A stretch of 64,000 nucleotides of DNA from Terriglobia bacterium (GCA_009838515.1 VXRL01000051.1:16814-80813), one strand, 5' to 3'. Positions 45,193 to 60,082 are shown, numbered from the stretch's first letter. Notes: generated from the sequence alone by a model not told the origin. Program-made: numbers and translations.

Positions 45193-47478
45193 CTACCAGA
45201 TTGTGGTGAAACCGACTGTGACCGCCCGGCCGATCTCGGGAATCCGCTGGCCGGTGAACGGATTCAGGGAATTGAGGTGCTCGTAGTAGTACTTGTCGCC
45301 GGCATTCTCGATTCCGAGATGAAGAGTCGATCCTTCCCTCAAGTCGGCGCCGAACCGGAAGCCGTGCAGGGTGAACCCGGGCGACGGGGACTCCAGGCGG
45401 GCGGCGGAAACCCTCCGCTGGTCCCACACGTTCCGCATGCCGTATTCCGCCCAAACGCGCCGTCCGGGAGCCACGAACCGCACCGCCGAAGCGACCTCCA
45501 TCGGCGCGATCCCCAGGACCGGCTGCATCAGTTCCCGATCGTCCGCGATGGTCTTGGACGCCTGCAAGCGGAACTCGAACCGATCAGACGTCCTCCGCAC
45601 GCCGAGATTCCAGCCGCGGAAGAACGCGCTTTCGCCGTTGACATAGCGGAAGACCACCGGCGGGCTCAGCGGCAGCCGCCTATTCAGCCCGCGCACCGGA
45701 GTGACCGTGATGTAGTCCCGGAGGCTACGGACGTACCCGCCGGCAGTGATGCGGAACTTGCCGGCCTGCCACTCCATATTGAGGTCGCCCTGCAAGCTGG
45801 ACTCCGGCCTGATCGCCGGGTCTCCCATGAACTCCGCCGCTACTTGGAAGCGCGTGCTCGGAAATCGGTCGGAATACCGCTCCAAGGCATTGGCCGTTCG
45901 CGCGACGCGCCCGGCGCCGCCCGCGATCGTAAACCCGCGGCCTAGGTCATAGCGTCCCGCCAGGCTGAAGTTCGCGTTGGTCTCGCTGCGCCTGACCTCT
46001 GCGCCCGTATTGGCGAGAAAGAACTCGCTCGGCCGCCCGGCGTCGCTGGTGACGAAGTCCAGACGCACGGCCGCGCGGACCTCGCCCCGATCGAAACTAC
46101 GCCCGGCGTGGAAGTACGTCCCGATATCGGCCAGCGAGACCCCCGCCCACACTGCGTCGCTGAAGATGAGCCTGCGGTTGCTGGCGCGGGCGATAAATCG
46201 CTGGGCATCCTGCTCGAGGCGGAAGAAATCGAACCCTGCCTGCAGCTGCCACTGCTCGCCTGGCGAGAACTCGACCCGCCCATTCCCGCCGACCGTGTCG
46301 GACTCCGCCGGGAGCGAGACATCCAAGGCGAACGGCGGCTTCCGTCCGGGCATGTCCATCGCGGTGGGCTTGCCGCGGTTGCTCATTCGATGGCCTTTCT
46401 TGTTGACGTAGGCGCCCAGCTTTACGGACGAGATAGCCCCTTCGGGATTCGTCGCGCGGTAGCTCGCCTGCCAGGACCGGAGCAAGAAGTGCTCGGCCGT
46501 CAGAAGCCTGCCCGGATAGTCGACGCCAGTTTGCTCGTCGTACAAGCCGCCGACCTGCAATTCCTGCTGTGGGGTGGGATTGAAACGGAGCTTGGTGCCG
46601 AACTGGTGGGAGGCCGCATCGCCCGGCACGAGCGCGCCAGCCGCTCTCGCCCTGGCTCCCGCTTCGTAGTCGCCGAGCAGATCGCCCGTCCCGCGCAAGC
46701 TGAATCCGAATTTGGAATTGCCCGCGTCGACCCGCGCGTTGGCCATGCGCCCGGCTCCGTTGCTTCTCCAGCCGATCCCGCCCCTGCCCCCGACGCGCCA
46801 GCTCTGGCGAGTCGGAACGGGTTCCGAATTGACGAGAATCGCAGCCATCGCCCCCGCGCCTTCGGTCAGCGCATAGGGACCCGTGACGACTTCAACACCC
46901 GCAACCGAACTGGGATCGACGTGACTCAGCTCTGAATCCATGCGCGCAGGCCCTGCGGCGAACGTCCGCGTGCCATCGACAACCATTGCGAGCTGAGTCT
47001 CCCGGAGCCCTTGCACGACCGGCTCGAAGTTCGTGCCGCCCCTCCGAAGGACATGCACGTGCGGAGTCGCGCGAAGACTCTCGACCAAGCCAGCTCTCGC
47101 GAGACGATCAGGCTTGGCGGAGGCGGACGCGACCGGAGCTACCGGATCGAATTCGTCGACGACGTCCAAGGCGCCCGCGACCGGCACGAGCTGGAGGCGG
47201 ACCGTCACTTCGTGCTGTCCGGCCGTCGATACGGTCTCCTCTCGAAAGCCGTCTGCCGCGACGTCCACGGCAGCCGCGTGTCTTGGGAACTCCGCCACCC
47301 CGGAGGCGGCGGTCGCACCCCGGGCCACCTCCGACCCGGAGTTGTCCCGCAGGACCACGACGGCATTCTGCACGACGGCTCCTGACGGATCGACCACTTG
47401 AACCGCCAAATCCGCCCAGGCCACCGTCGCGGCCCACGCCAAACTCAGTAATCTAGCTGCTTTTCTCAGATTCCCCAT
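45193..47478 (-). CDS. TonB-dependent receptor (CarboxypepD_reg N-domain; plug resembles the OprC/NosA copper-receptor type)
   Basis: Trimmed to the ATG at 47478, signal MGNLRKAARLLSLAWAATVAWA. LAVQVVDPSGAVVQNAVVVLRDNSGSEV. Plug region: VLRRGGTNFEPVVQGLRETQLAMVVDGTRTFAAGPARMDSELSHVDPSSVAGVEVVTGPYAL. Long barrel with C-terminal ...VGFTTIW. Confidence 0.85.
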   Translation of the reverse strand: MGNLRKAARLLSLAWAATVAWADLAVQVVDPSGAVVQNAVVVLRDNSGSEVARGATAASGVAEFPRHAAAVDVAADGFREETVSTAGQHEVTVRLQLVPVAGALDVVDEFDPVAPVASASAKPDRLARAGLVESLRATPHVHVLRRGGTNFEPVVQGLRETQLAMVVDGTRTFAAGPARMDSELSHVDPSSVAGVEVVTGPYALTEGAGAMAAILVNSEPVPTRQSWRVGGRGGIGWRSNGAGRMANARVDAGNSKFGFSLRGTGDLLGDYEAGARARAAGALVPGDAASHQFGTKLRFNPTPQQELQVGGLYDEQTGVDYPGRLLTAEHFLLRSWQASYRATNPEGAISSVKLGAYVNKKGHRMSNRGKPTAMDMPGRKPPFALDVSLPAESDTVGGNGRVEFSPGEQWQLQAGFDFFRLEQDAQRFIARASNRRLIFSDAVWAGVSLADIGTYFHAGRSFDRGEVRAAVRLDFVTSDAGRPSEFFLANTGAEVRRSETNANFSLAGRYDLGRGFTIAGGAGRVARTANALERYSDRFPSTRFQVAAEFMGDPAIRPESSLQGDLNMEWQAGKFRITAGGYVRSLRDYITVTPVRGLNRRLPLSPPVVFRYVNGESAFFRGWNLGVRRTSDRFEFRLQASKTIADDRELMQPVLGIAPMEVASAVRFVAPGRRVWAEYGMRNVWDQRRVSAARLESPSPGFTLHGFRFGADLREGSTLHLGIENAGDKYYYEHLNSLNPFTGQRIPEIGRAVTVGFTTIW

Positions 47479-47609
47479 TCGACTTCCCCCGCAGACCTGA
47501 ACCGGGTCGCCGCAATGCGACGGCGACGCCGACAAGGGGCCGAGCCGCACTCCGGCGCAAGGCCCGTGCGGACGGACCAGGCGCCAGGAGTGCCGAAAAC
47601 TCAGCCAGC

Positions 47610-48062
47610 CTATGCGGGTTGCGGAGGAGGGGCAGGAGGGGCAAGGGCCCGGGACGACCATTCCGCAGTCAGCGGGGTCGCCTGAAGCGACAGCCTTGCC
47701 GGCAAGGGCAACTGTTCGGCGAACTCAGGCAGACACGGCGGCTCAGAATTCCACGCGGGCTTGGCGTGGTCGTTACTGCAGCGGCTCTTGATGCGGCACT
47801 TCGCCTCGGTCGAGCGCGCGCCGCTCGATCGATGGCACGCCATGGAGGGCCCCGCGGTCTTCGCTTCGCTCTCCAGCGACGCCTTCGTCGGGCACTGCCT
47901 ACGGCATTGCCCGGCCTCCACGCTAAGCCTACAGCACGCCGGCCGTGGCGAGAGGGTAGCCCACACTGCCTGCCATGGCAGCAACGCGACCGAAAGAATC
48001 AGCGCCGCAGATCGGAACAAGCGAAGGTTACGCACCCTGCAGTGTCGAGCCCCTAGTCCCAT
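47610..48062 (-). CDS. Hypothetical Cys-rich secreted protein upstream of the TonB receptor
   Basis: ATG at 48062. LFRSAALILSVALLPWQAVWA is signal-like, followed by PACCRLSVEAGQCRRQCP...SMACHRSS...KCRIKSRCSNDH...PPCLPEF and a Pro-rich tail. GC3 is high (about 75% by hand count), which supports coding. No clear RBS and no recognised family. Confidence 0.4.
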   Translation of the reverse strand: MGLGARHCRVRNLRLFRSAALILSVALLPWQAVWATLSPRPACCRLSVEAGQCRRQCPTKASLESEAKTAGPSMACHRSSGARSTEAKCRIKSRCSNDHAKPAWNSEPPCLPEFAEQLPLPARLSLQATPLTAEWSSRALAPPAPPPQPA

Positions 48063-48240
48063 CCTAGCCGACAGCCGCGGAAGCGGTGAAGGCGAGTCCT
48101 GAATCCTCTGAGCGGCAGGTTTCCGGGCGCCGAATGCAGGATTCTCACCAACTGCCGCGGTGGAGTTCGGCAGCAGACTGCCAGCCAGCCACGACGCCCA
48201 TGTCATGGAGGCGTCTGTCGGCGTTTGGTCGAAACCCGCC

Positions 48241-49329
48241 TCAGTTCCCGCCGCTGGCGTATCGCCCCAACTCATCTAGGCCGAGTCCCGAGCCGAACCC
48301 TCGGATCTGGTCGGCACGAGCGCGAGCCATGAACAGCGCGTAGTCCACCCGCACCGAAGATCTGGCCGGAACCCAGCCGATCGTCTTCTCATCGAACAAT
48401 CGGCCGCGCTGCATTGCTTCCCGTCGCGTCTCGGGAAACGGCGAAGCTCCGAACTCCATCCCGCACGTGAGGGTGCGCCCGTTCCAGGGCTTGTGCCCAC
48501 GCGAGAAATTCTCCTCCCAAATACCCAGCCACGGGAAGTCGCTCCGCTTCCACACATAGCCGAAGAGCGTCGCGGAACCAGGATGGTAGGCGGCGAAGAA
48601 CGCCTCTTCCTGCTCAGGGTCCATCAGGTGCGCCGTGTAGGCGCCGGATACTTCGTTCTCCACCGCGCGGCGCATGTCGCCCAAGCCGCCCGCCGCAAGC
48701 GGCGCCAACGGCCAGTCAAACTCCGCGCCTGCCACGAATCGATCCGCCCCTGGGGCGAACTCTCCCTCCAGCACCTTCGACCGAGTGGCAGACATCTCGA
48801 ACAGCGTCTTGCCCTTTTCCAAGAACGGCGGTCCCAGCGTCGCGTGCTGCGTCCAGCCCACCGGTCGGTCGATGCCGGCCAAGTTGGTGGCCGTCTCGGA
48901 TATGTCCACGCGGCCGCTTCCGGCCGCGACTCTCAGCTGCCGTTCGAAGCGCATCCCCGCCAGCGGGAACTCGGCGCCGAGCTTAACCCAGCCTTCGCCG
49001 GATGCAACCTCCCAGTCCACCGATGAGCCCTCGCCGTGCACGCCCAGCCCGGCGGCAGCCTCTTCGGCAGACGGCACTCCGAAGATATCGAAGCAGAGAT
49101 TGTGCCCGGCAATGCCAGAAAGCAGGCGCGCCTCAAAGCCCTCGCCGTACTGCGGGTGGGCGTCCGGGTCGTAAGCCGACGGGTCGATCGTCTCCCACGG
49201 AGGATCCCAGAGCGGATTGACCCCGGTCTCCTTCAACTCGACGGCGGCGATGTGGCCTCCGCCCGGCAGCAGCGTGACGCGCAGACGGTCGTTCTCGAGA
49301 TGGACCTGACGGCGATTCGCGATTCCCAT
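48241..49329 (-). CDS. Galactose-mutarotase-like (aldose-1-epimerase superfamily) protein
   Basis: Trimmed to the ATG at 49329. VHLENDRLRVTLLPGGGHIAAVELKETGVNPLW... GHNLCFDIFG ... VHGEG ... resembles the N-terminal strand pattern and His/Glu blocks of mutarotase-fold proteins. The assignment is tentative. Confidence 0.5.
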   Translation of the reverse strand: MGIANRRQVHLENDRLRVTLLPGGGHIAAVELKETGVNPLWDPPWETIDPSAYDPDAHPQYGEGFEARLLSGIAGHNLCFDIFGVPSAEEAAAGLGVHGEGSSVDWEVASGEGWVKLGAEFPLAGMRFERQLRVAAGSGRVDISETATNLAGIDRPVGWTQHATLGPPFLEKGKTLFEMSATRSKVLEGEFAPGADRFVAGAEFDWPLAPLAAGGLGDMRRAVENEVSGAYTAHLMDPEQEEAFFAAYHPGSATLFGYVWKRSDFPWLGIWEENFSRGHKPWNGRTLTCGMEFGASPFPETRREAMQRGRLFDEKTIGWVPARSSVRVDYALFMARARADQIRGFGSGLGLDELGRYASGGN

Positions 49330-49508
49330 AGTGCAGTGCCGAAGCGCCCAAGAATACCACGCGCCGCACGATTGGTATGATATGGAGCGCGGCCCCGTTG
49401 CCATCCCCAAGGCCAGGGCTGCGCTTGCGTCTCATCTCCGATCTTCGACCGCGGCACCCATGGCGCCTAGGGATGGCTCGGAGCCACCGGGGCGCTAGGG
49501 AAATTGTC

Positions 49509-54029
<4,521 letters not shown>

Positions 54030-54045
54030 CAGCGCGCGCGGAAGC

Positions 54046-55446
54046 TCAGAAGTCCGCGCTTCCGGGCGTGCGCGGGAACGGTATCACATCACGGACGTTG
54101 GCCATGCCGGACACGTAGCTGATGGTGCGCTCCAAGCCTAGGCCGAAGCCGGCATGCGGTACCGTGCCGTAGCGCCGCAGGTCCCGGTACCATCCGTAGG
54201 GCGCCGGGTCGATCCCGCACTCGACGAGCCGGCTGTCGAGAACGTCGAGTCGTTCCTCCCGCTGGCTGCCGCCGACGATCTCCCCGATCCCGGGAGCAAG
54301 CACGTCCATCGCCGCAACCGTTTCTCCGCCATCGTCCAGACGCATGTAGAAAGGCTTGATTCCCTTCGGATAGTTGGTGACGACGACTGGGCGTCGCACG
54401 TACTCTTCGGTCAGGTAGCGCTCGTGCTCTGACTGTAGGTCGGCGCCCCACGAGACCTCGAAGGCGAACTTTTTCTTGGCATCCTGCAAGGCGCGCACTG
54501 CCTCGGCATACGTCATCCGCTCGAACGGTTGGTCAACTACCGCCTGCAAGCGGCTGATCGCGTCGGGATGAATTCGCTGCGCGAAGAATTCCATGTCATC
54601 GGCGCGCTCTTCCAACACCGTTCGAAACAGATGCTTGAGCAGCGCCTCGGCCAAGTCGGCGTTGTCGCTGAGGTCCGCAAATGCAGTCTCCGGCTCGATC
54701 ATCCAGAACTCCGCCAAGTGTCGGCTGGTATTGGAGTTCTCCGCTCTGAACGTCGGTCCGAACGTGTAGACCTTGCTCAGTGCCAAGCAGTAGGCCTCCA
54801 CGTTGAGTTGGCCAGACACGGTCAGGAACGCTTCGCGGCCAAAGAAGTCGCGCGAAAAGTCGGGGGCACCATCGGCATCGCGCGGCAGGTGCGCCAGATC
54901 GAGAGTGCTCACGCGGAACAGCTCGCCGGCACCCTCCGTGTCAGAGGCCGTGATGATCGGCGTGTGGATCCACAGGTAGCCGCTGGCGTCGAAGAACCGG
55001 TGGACCGCCTGCGCCAAGCAGTTCCTGACTCGCGCGACCGCCCCGAAGGTATTGGTGCGGGGCCTCAAATGGGCAACCTCGCGGAGGAACTCAAAGCTGT
55101 GGCGCTTCGGCGAGATCGGATAGGTGTCGGCATCGTCCACCCAGCCTTCGACTGCGATCTCCGTCGCGCGAATCTCGACGCTCTGGCCGCGCCCCATCGA
55201 TTCGACCAGTTCGCCCCGGACCGTCACTGCACACCCGCTGCCGAGGTGCTGGATTTCCTGTGCGTAGTTCGGAAGGGTTCCGTCAGCCACCACCTGCAGG
55301 CTCGCGAAGCACGAACCATCGTTGATCTGGAGGAACGACAGCCCCGCCTTGGAGTCTCGACGGGTTCGCACCCAGCCTCGGACAGCCACGTCCGTCCCGA
55401 CACCAACCGACCCTCTCAGGAGTTCGGCGATCTCTCGCTTCGGCAT
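54046..55446 (-). CDS. asnS: Asparagine--tRNA ligase
   Basis: 466 aa. OB-fold N-domain [26 protein letters not shown]. Class II motifs ...[21 protein letters not shown]..., ...[12 protein letters not shown], ...[11 protein letters not shown]. Confidence 0.95.
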   Translation of the reverse strand: MPKREIAELLRGSVGVGTDVAVRGWVRTRRDSKAGLSFLQINDGSCFASLQVVADGTLPNYAQEIQHLGSGCAVTVRGELVESMGRGQSVEIRATEIAVEGWVDDADTYPISPKRHSFEFLREVAHLRPRTNTFGAVARVRNCLAQAVHRFFDASGYLWIHTPIITASDTEGAGELFRVSTLDLAHLPRDADGAPDFSRDFFGREAFLTVSGQLNVEAYCLALSKVYTFGPTFRAENSNTSRHLAEFWMIEPETAFADLSDNADLAEALLKHLFRTVLEERADDMEFFAQRIHPDAISRLQAVVDQPFERMTYAEAVRALQDAKKKFAFEVSWGADLQSEHERYLTEEYVRRPVVVTNYPKGIKPFYMRLDDGGETVAAMDVLAPGIGEIVGGSQREERLDVLDSRLVECGIDPAPYGWYRDLRRYGTVPHAGFGLGLERTISYVSGMANVRDVIPFPRTPGSADF

Positions 55447-55865
55447 ACTGACTAGTTTGCAGGATCGCGCCCAGCCCTAGCGTGCTGTGGGGCTAGAACG
55501 CCGAGCTAGGGGCCCCGCTCCTCCCAGTGAAGCATCGACGCGGCCGGCCGATCACTCCGCGCCGGACAGGGCACGACGCGGCCGGATATCGCGAGGCCAT
55601 TCCTCGGACGGACCTTGCTGCGGGGATCGCAGGTCCCGAAGGCGACTTGCGGGCCGGTCTGGGAATCGCCACACCCCGAGCCCGGGCCTGGACGGCCGGA
55701 AGCCTTTCGACGCCGAGATCTCCAGCGAGGCGGCGATCGCCTATTTCGCCATACTGTAAGTTGATCGGGTCCTGATCGGTCGGGCTGGCCTGAAGGGATG
55801 CCGAGGACGGCATTGCAGCTCCTTCTAGGTCGGCAGCCGTATTGCCACACGGGCCTCCAGTGCAG

Positions 55866-56927
55866 ATGGCTTCGCAAACAATCCGCGTGCTCGTGCTGTT
55901 CGGCGGCCGGTCGAGCGAGCACGAGGTTTCGGTCCTATCCGCGTCGTCGATCATCTCGGCATTGGACTCTGCGCGCTACGAGGCGATTCCGGTGGCGATC
56001 GAGCGCTCGGGCAGGTGGTTGGATCCAGCAGCATCGGCGAGCCTGCTGCCACAAGAGACGGCGAACAAGTGTTCCTTGACTCAGGTGGAGGTCTCTCACC
56101 AGCCGGGCTGCTCGAGGGGCTTCGATGTGGTGTTCCCGGTCCTGCACGGGCCGTACGGAGAGGACGGCCGGATTCAAGGCCTGTTGGACATGGCCGGCTT
56201 GCCCTACGTAGGCTCGGGCGTGCTCGGTTCGGCCTGCGGCATGGACAAGGACGTCATGAAGCGGCTGCTGAACGAGAGCGAGATCCCCACCCTACCCCAC
56301 GAGATCGTATGGCGAGGCGACGCAGGGGAGAGTGTCTCCCGAATCGAGCGCAATACGGGCTACCCGGCATTCGTCAAGCCGGCAAACCTCGGTTCGTCTG
56401 TCGGCATTCGCAGGGTGGAGAACCGGGAGGCCCTGATCGATGCGCTGGACTATGCGCATGAGTTCGACACGAAGGTGATCGTGGAACCCGGCATCGAAGC
56501 TCGCGAGATCGAGTGCGCGGTGATCGGCAATCGATCTCCAGAGGCTTCCCTGCCGGGAGAAATCGTAACTCGCGGCGGGTTCTACGACTACGAGACCAAG
56601 TACGTCACTGACTCGGCCGAGTTAATCGCGCCCGCCAAGCTCGGCATCGAACAGGTCGAAGCGGTTCGCAACCTTGCGGTGAAGGCATTCCGCGCGCTGG
56701 ATTGCTCCGGATTGGCGCGGGTGGACTTCTTCATCGCAGACGACCCGCGCCGGCCAAGCATCTTGCTCAATGAAGTCAACACGATGCCGGGCTTCACTTC
56801 GATCAGCATGTTCCCGCGCATGTGGGCGGTGTCGGGATTTCCGTATGAGCGCTTGATCGAGCGATTGCTGGGGCTGGCGCTCGAACGGCACGCAGAGGCA
56901 AGCTCCCTGCGGTTCGACATCGCATAG
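55866..56927 (+). CDS. ddl: D-alanine--D-alanine ligase
   Basis: Trimmed to the ATG at 55866. IRVLVLFGGRSSEHEVSVLSA, FPVLHGPYGEDGRIQGLLD, PYVGSGVL, FVKPANLGSSVGI, ...LNEVNTMPGFTSISMFP. Confidence 0.9.
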   Translation: MASQTIRVLVLFGGRSSEHEVSVLSASSIISALDSARYEAIPVAIERSGRWLDPAASASLLPQETANKCSLTQVEVSHQPGCSRGFDVVFPVLHGPYGEDGRIQGLLDMAGLPYVGSGVLGSACGMDKDVMKRLLNESEIPTLPHEIVWRGDAGESVSRIERNTGYPAFVKPANLGSSVGIRRVENREALIDALDYAHEFDTKVIVEPGIEAREIECAVIGNRSPEASLPGEIVTRGGFYDYETKYVTDSAELIAPAKLGIEQVEAVRNLAVKAFRALDCSGLARVDFFIADDPRRPSILLNEVNTMPGFTSISMFPRMWAVSGFPYERLIERLLGLALERHAEASSLRFDIA

Positions 56928-56940
56928 CGAACCGCCCCTT

Positions 56941-57417
56941 CTAGGCTTCCTGTTCGCTCGCCGCGCTCGTGAGCCTCACGAGCAGGCTGCGGACCGTGAC
57001 GTTAAACGACGGGTGCACCACATACGGCGCAATCTCCGCCAGCGGTTCAAGGACGAATGCTCGCTCGTGCATGCGTGGGTGCGGAATCTGCAGGGCCTGC
57101 TCGCACAGTACGAGATCGTCATACAGCAATATGTCGATATCGAGCACGCGCGGTTCATTGCGCGTCGTTCGGCTCCTGCCCCGCTGTCGTTCGATCTGCG
57201 TCGCCGCCGACAGCAACTCAGGCGGCCCTAAAGCCGTCTCGAGGCAGACGCAGGTGTTGAGAAACATGCCGCCGCCGGGGCAATCGACGGGATCGGTCTC
57301 GATCACCGGCGCGCGCGCGACCACGGTCCCAACCTGGCTCAGGCGAGCCAGTGCGAATCCCAGGTGCCCGTCCCGGTCGCCGAGATTCGAGCCCAGTCCG
57401 AGATACGCCCTAGCCAC
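56941..57417 (-). CDS. folK: 2-amino-4-hydroxy-6-hydroxymethyldihydropteridine diphosphokinase
   Basis: AYLGLGSNLGDR, ...FLNTCV, ...PRVLDIDILLY, ...IPHPRMHERAFVLEPL. Confidence 0.9.
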   Translation of the reverse strand: MARAYLGLGSNLGDRDGHLGFALARLSQVGTVVARAPVIETDPVDCPGGGMFLNTCVCLETALGPPELLSAATQIERQRGRSRTTRNEPRVLDIDILLYDDLVLCEQALQIPHPRMHERAFVLEPLAEIAPYVVHPSFNVTVRSLLVRLTSAASEQEA

Positions 57418-57775
57418 GCCGGCTCCGGATCACTTCAACACCGGCCCATGGGACGCCAAACTCGGCGAGTGCGGTGGGCTTGCGCACTCGCACGAGCACC
57501 TCTTCCGCGGCGAACCGCTGCAGCAAGGATGCCGCGATCCCCTCCGCTATCGTCTCGATCAGCGCATACGGCCGGATACCAGCCACCCGTTCGGCCTCGG
57601 CGCGCACATCCACATAGTTGATCGCTGCCTCGATTGAATCCTCCCTTGCGGCCTGGCTCAGATCGCAGCGCAGCTCGATGTCGATCAACAGCATCTGGGA
57701 CTCCTCGCGTTCCTGCTCGGAGCAACCCACGCGCGCCTGCACCGGTATCTCGGGCAGCATGATCCTATCCCGCAT
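57410..57775 (-). CDS. folB: Dihydroneopterin aldolase
   Basis: 121 aa. VQARVGCSEQEREESQMLLIDIEL...DSIEAAINYVDV...LIETIAEGIA matches the FolB layout. It overlaps folK by 8 nt and folP by 11 nt. Confidence 0.85.
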   Translation of the reverse strand: MRDRIMLPEIPVQARVGCSEQEREESQMLLIDIELRCDLSQAAREDSIEAAINYVDVRAEAERVAGIRPYALIETIAEGIAASLLQRFAAEEVLVRVRKPTALAEFGVPWAGVEVIRSRRG

Positions 57776-58589
57776 CTCCTGCCTCCCTAATGGCGTCGGT
57801 CACGTCTACCACGCGCCGACACTGCTTGACATCGTGCACTCGCACCACCGCCGCCCCGTTGATCACCGCCGTCGCGACAGCCGCCAAAGTGCCCTCTAAC
57901 CGCTCATTGACGGGCAGGCGGCTGGGCAGGCTGCCCAAGAACGACTTGCGCGAAGGCCCTACCAAGACGGGACAGCCGAGCGCACGAAACTCACCCAACC
58001 GCGCCAAGAGCTCGAAGTTCTGTCCCGCCGACTTGCCAAAGCCCAGGCCCGGGTCAACAGCGATCTCCCGGATTCCCGCCTGTCTGGCGCGTTCGGACTG
58101 AGCCTTCAAGAACGAGCAAACTTCAGCAACGACATCGCCATAGGCTGTGTCCAGTTGCATCGTGGCGGGTTCGCCGCGCATGTGCATGATCACCACGCTG
58201 GCTCGGGCCGCGGCCGCGACCGAGAGCATCTGCGGATCGCGCAGCCCCCGAATATCGTTGACGATGCTTGCGCCCGACTCCAGACAGCGCCTCGCAACAG
58301 CCGGCTTGAGAGTATCGATCGAGATCGGCACGCTGACTCTCGCAGCCAGAGCCTCCAGTACTGGTAGCACTCGTCGAAGTTCGTCATCCTCGCTGATGCG
58401 GTCTGAACCGGGGCGCGAGCTCTCCCCGCCCACATCAATGATGTCCGCGCCTTCCTCGACCATCCGGACGCCCCGCCCGGTCGCCGACCCAACATCCAAG
58501 TAGAGCCCGCCGTCCGAGAACGAGTCCGGCGTCACGTTTAGGACGCCCATAACCAGTGTCCTGGGGGAGTTGAAGTGCGGGCCGAGCAC
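57765..58589 (-). CDS. folP: Dihydropteroate synthase
   Basis: LVMGVLNVTPDSFSDGG, GADIIDVGGESSRPG, ISIDT, IVNDI, ...DPGLGFGK, ...PVLVGPSRKSF. Confidence 0.9.
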   Translation of the reverse strand: MLGPHFNSPRTLVMGVLNVTPDSFSDGGLYLDVGSATGRGVRMVEEGADIIDVGGESSRPGSDRISEDDELRRVLPVLEALAARVSVPISIDTLKPAVARRCLESGASIVNDIRGLRDPQMLSVAAAARASVVIMHMRGEPATMQLDTAYGDVVAEVCSFLKAQSERARQAGIREIAVDPGLGFGKSAGQNFELLARLGEFRALGCPVLVGPSRKSFLGSLPSRLPVNERLEGTLAAVATAVINGAAVVRVHDVKQCRRVVDVTDAIREAGDAG

Positions 58590-58663
58590 TGCCAGTCCTC
58601 CATTGTCACCCTCGTAAACCCCGAGATCCGATTCCCAATGGGCTCTGCTATGCTTGCCCTGCG

Positions 58664-60082
58664 ATGCGACAAACCCGACGCGAGCTTCTCGGGACGCTAG
58701 GCGGCGCGGCCGCCATCGGGCTGGGCTGCGGGCCGCGCCCCAGCGCGGATCGCCCCCCCAATATCCTGTTCCTGCTCACGGACGACCAGCGCTACGACAT
58801 GTTCGGGGCCGGCGGGAATCCGATCATTCGGACGCCGAACATGGACCGGCTCGCGAACGAGGGCGTGATGTTCACGCACAACTACGTGACCACCGCCATC
58901 TGCGCCACCTCCAGAGCTTCGTTCTTCACGGGCTTGTACGCGCGCTGTCACGGCATTCACGGTTTCCGGACGCGGTTGAGCGAGGAGCAGCACCAGCTCA
59001 GCTATCCGGTGCGCCTGCGCGAGGCGGGATATCGGACAGGCTTTATCGGGAAATACGGCGTCGGCGGAGCCGACGATATCGACGATGCCGCGTCCCGCTA
59101 CGACTACTTCGAAGGCTGGCCGGGACAGGGCCAGTATCTGGTGCCGGGGCGGGCACACATGACGGAGCATTTGGGAAACCAAGCATTGGAGTTCCTCGGC
59201 GGGTCGGATTCGGGCCAGCCCTGGAACCTCTCGGTGAGTTTCAAGGCTCCGCACGTGCAAGACCGCGTCGACCCCTACTTCATCAACGACCCGCGCCTGG
59301 ACGACATGTACGACGGGCTGCGCTTGCAGCCGTTCCCCCACATGGATGGCTCGTACTATGACTCGCTGCCCGAATTTCTCAAGGACGACACCGAAAGCCG
59401 CATCCGCTGGGTGCGGCGCTTCGGCACGCCGGAGAAATGGGAGGAATCCGTCAAGCGCTACTACGCCTTGATTCATGGGGTCGACATCCAGATCGGCCGC
59501 ATGCTCGCACGGCTGGAGGAGCTGGGCCAACTCGACAACACGGTGGTGATCTTCACCGGGGACAACGGATTCTTCCTGGGCGAGCGCGGCTGGGCTGGCA
59601 AGTGGTATATGCACGAGGAATCGATCCGCACGCCGATGGTCATCCGAGATCCGCGCTTGCGCGAGCGCGCGGGGACGCGCCGCAGCGAGATGACGCTCAA
59701 TATCGACGCCTGTCCCACCATTTTGGAAGCAGCCGGCTTGGACCGTCCCGAATCCCTGAATGGACGGAGCCTGATGCCGCTCGCGAGGGGCGAATCACCA
59801 CAGTGGCGGCAAGAGTGGTTCTACGAGCATCTCTTCGAAAATCCGCGAGTCCCCATGAGTGAGGGCGTGCATGCTGGTGACTGGAAATATTTCGTCTTCC
59901 ACCAAGCAGATCCCCCGCACGAGGAGATGTACCACTTAGCGGTGGACCCCCAGGAGACTGTCAATCTGGCGAGTTCGCCAGACCATGCCGCGACACTGGC
60001 CCGCCTGCGGCAGCGCCGCCAGGCTTGGACGGAGAATCTTGAGAGCTGGCGGATCGACCAGCCATGGACTGAGCCAGCGTAG
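58664..60082 (+). CDS. Sulfatase-family protein with Tat-type signal
   Basis: MRQTRRELLGTLGGAAAIGLG. PNILFLLTDDQRYD, TTAICATSRASFFTGLY (C-A-T-S-R variant of the FGly motif), ...FTGDNGFFLGERGWAGK. Confidence 0.85.
   Translation: MRQTRRELLGTLGGAAAIGLGCGPRPSADRPPNILFLLTDDQRYDMFGAGGNPIIRTPNMDRLANEGVMFTHNYVTTAICATSRASFFTGLYARCHGIHGFRTRLSEEQHQLSYPVRLREAGYRTGFIGKYGVGGADDIDDAASRYDYFEGWPGQGQYLVPGRAHMTEHLGNQALEFLGGSDSGQPWNLSVSFKAPHVQDRVDPYFINDPRLDDMYDGLRLQPFPHMDGSYYDSLPEFLKDDTESRIRWVRRFGTPEKWEESVKRYYALIHGVDIQIGRMLARLEELGQLDNTVVIFTGDNGFFLGERGWAGKWYMHEESIRTPMVIRDPRLRERAGTRRSEMTLNIDACPTILEAAGLDRPESLNGRSLMPLARGESPQWRQEWFYEHLFENPRVPMSEGVHAGDWKYFVFHQADPPHEEMYHLAVDPQETVNLASSPDHAATLARLRQRRQAWTENLESWRIDQPWTEPA

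Noticed and set aside
54030-54070. Possible terminator hairpin (CGGAAGC ... GCTTCCG) between convergent gltB and asnS.
   Set aside because: The loop is about 14 nt. The 3' arm lies inside the asnS coding end, and there is no U-tract. It is not convincing.
55447-55865. The 420-bp divergent asnS-ddl spacer as a possible ncRNA or leader; it has several CTAG-containing imperfect inverted repeats around 55475..55520.
   Set aside because: I could not recognise any known RNA family core (T-box, SRP, 6S, RNase P), and the stems are short. It is probably two promoters. An Rfam scan would be needed.
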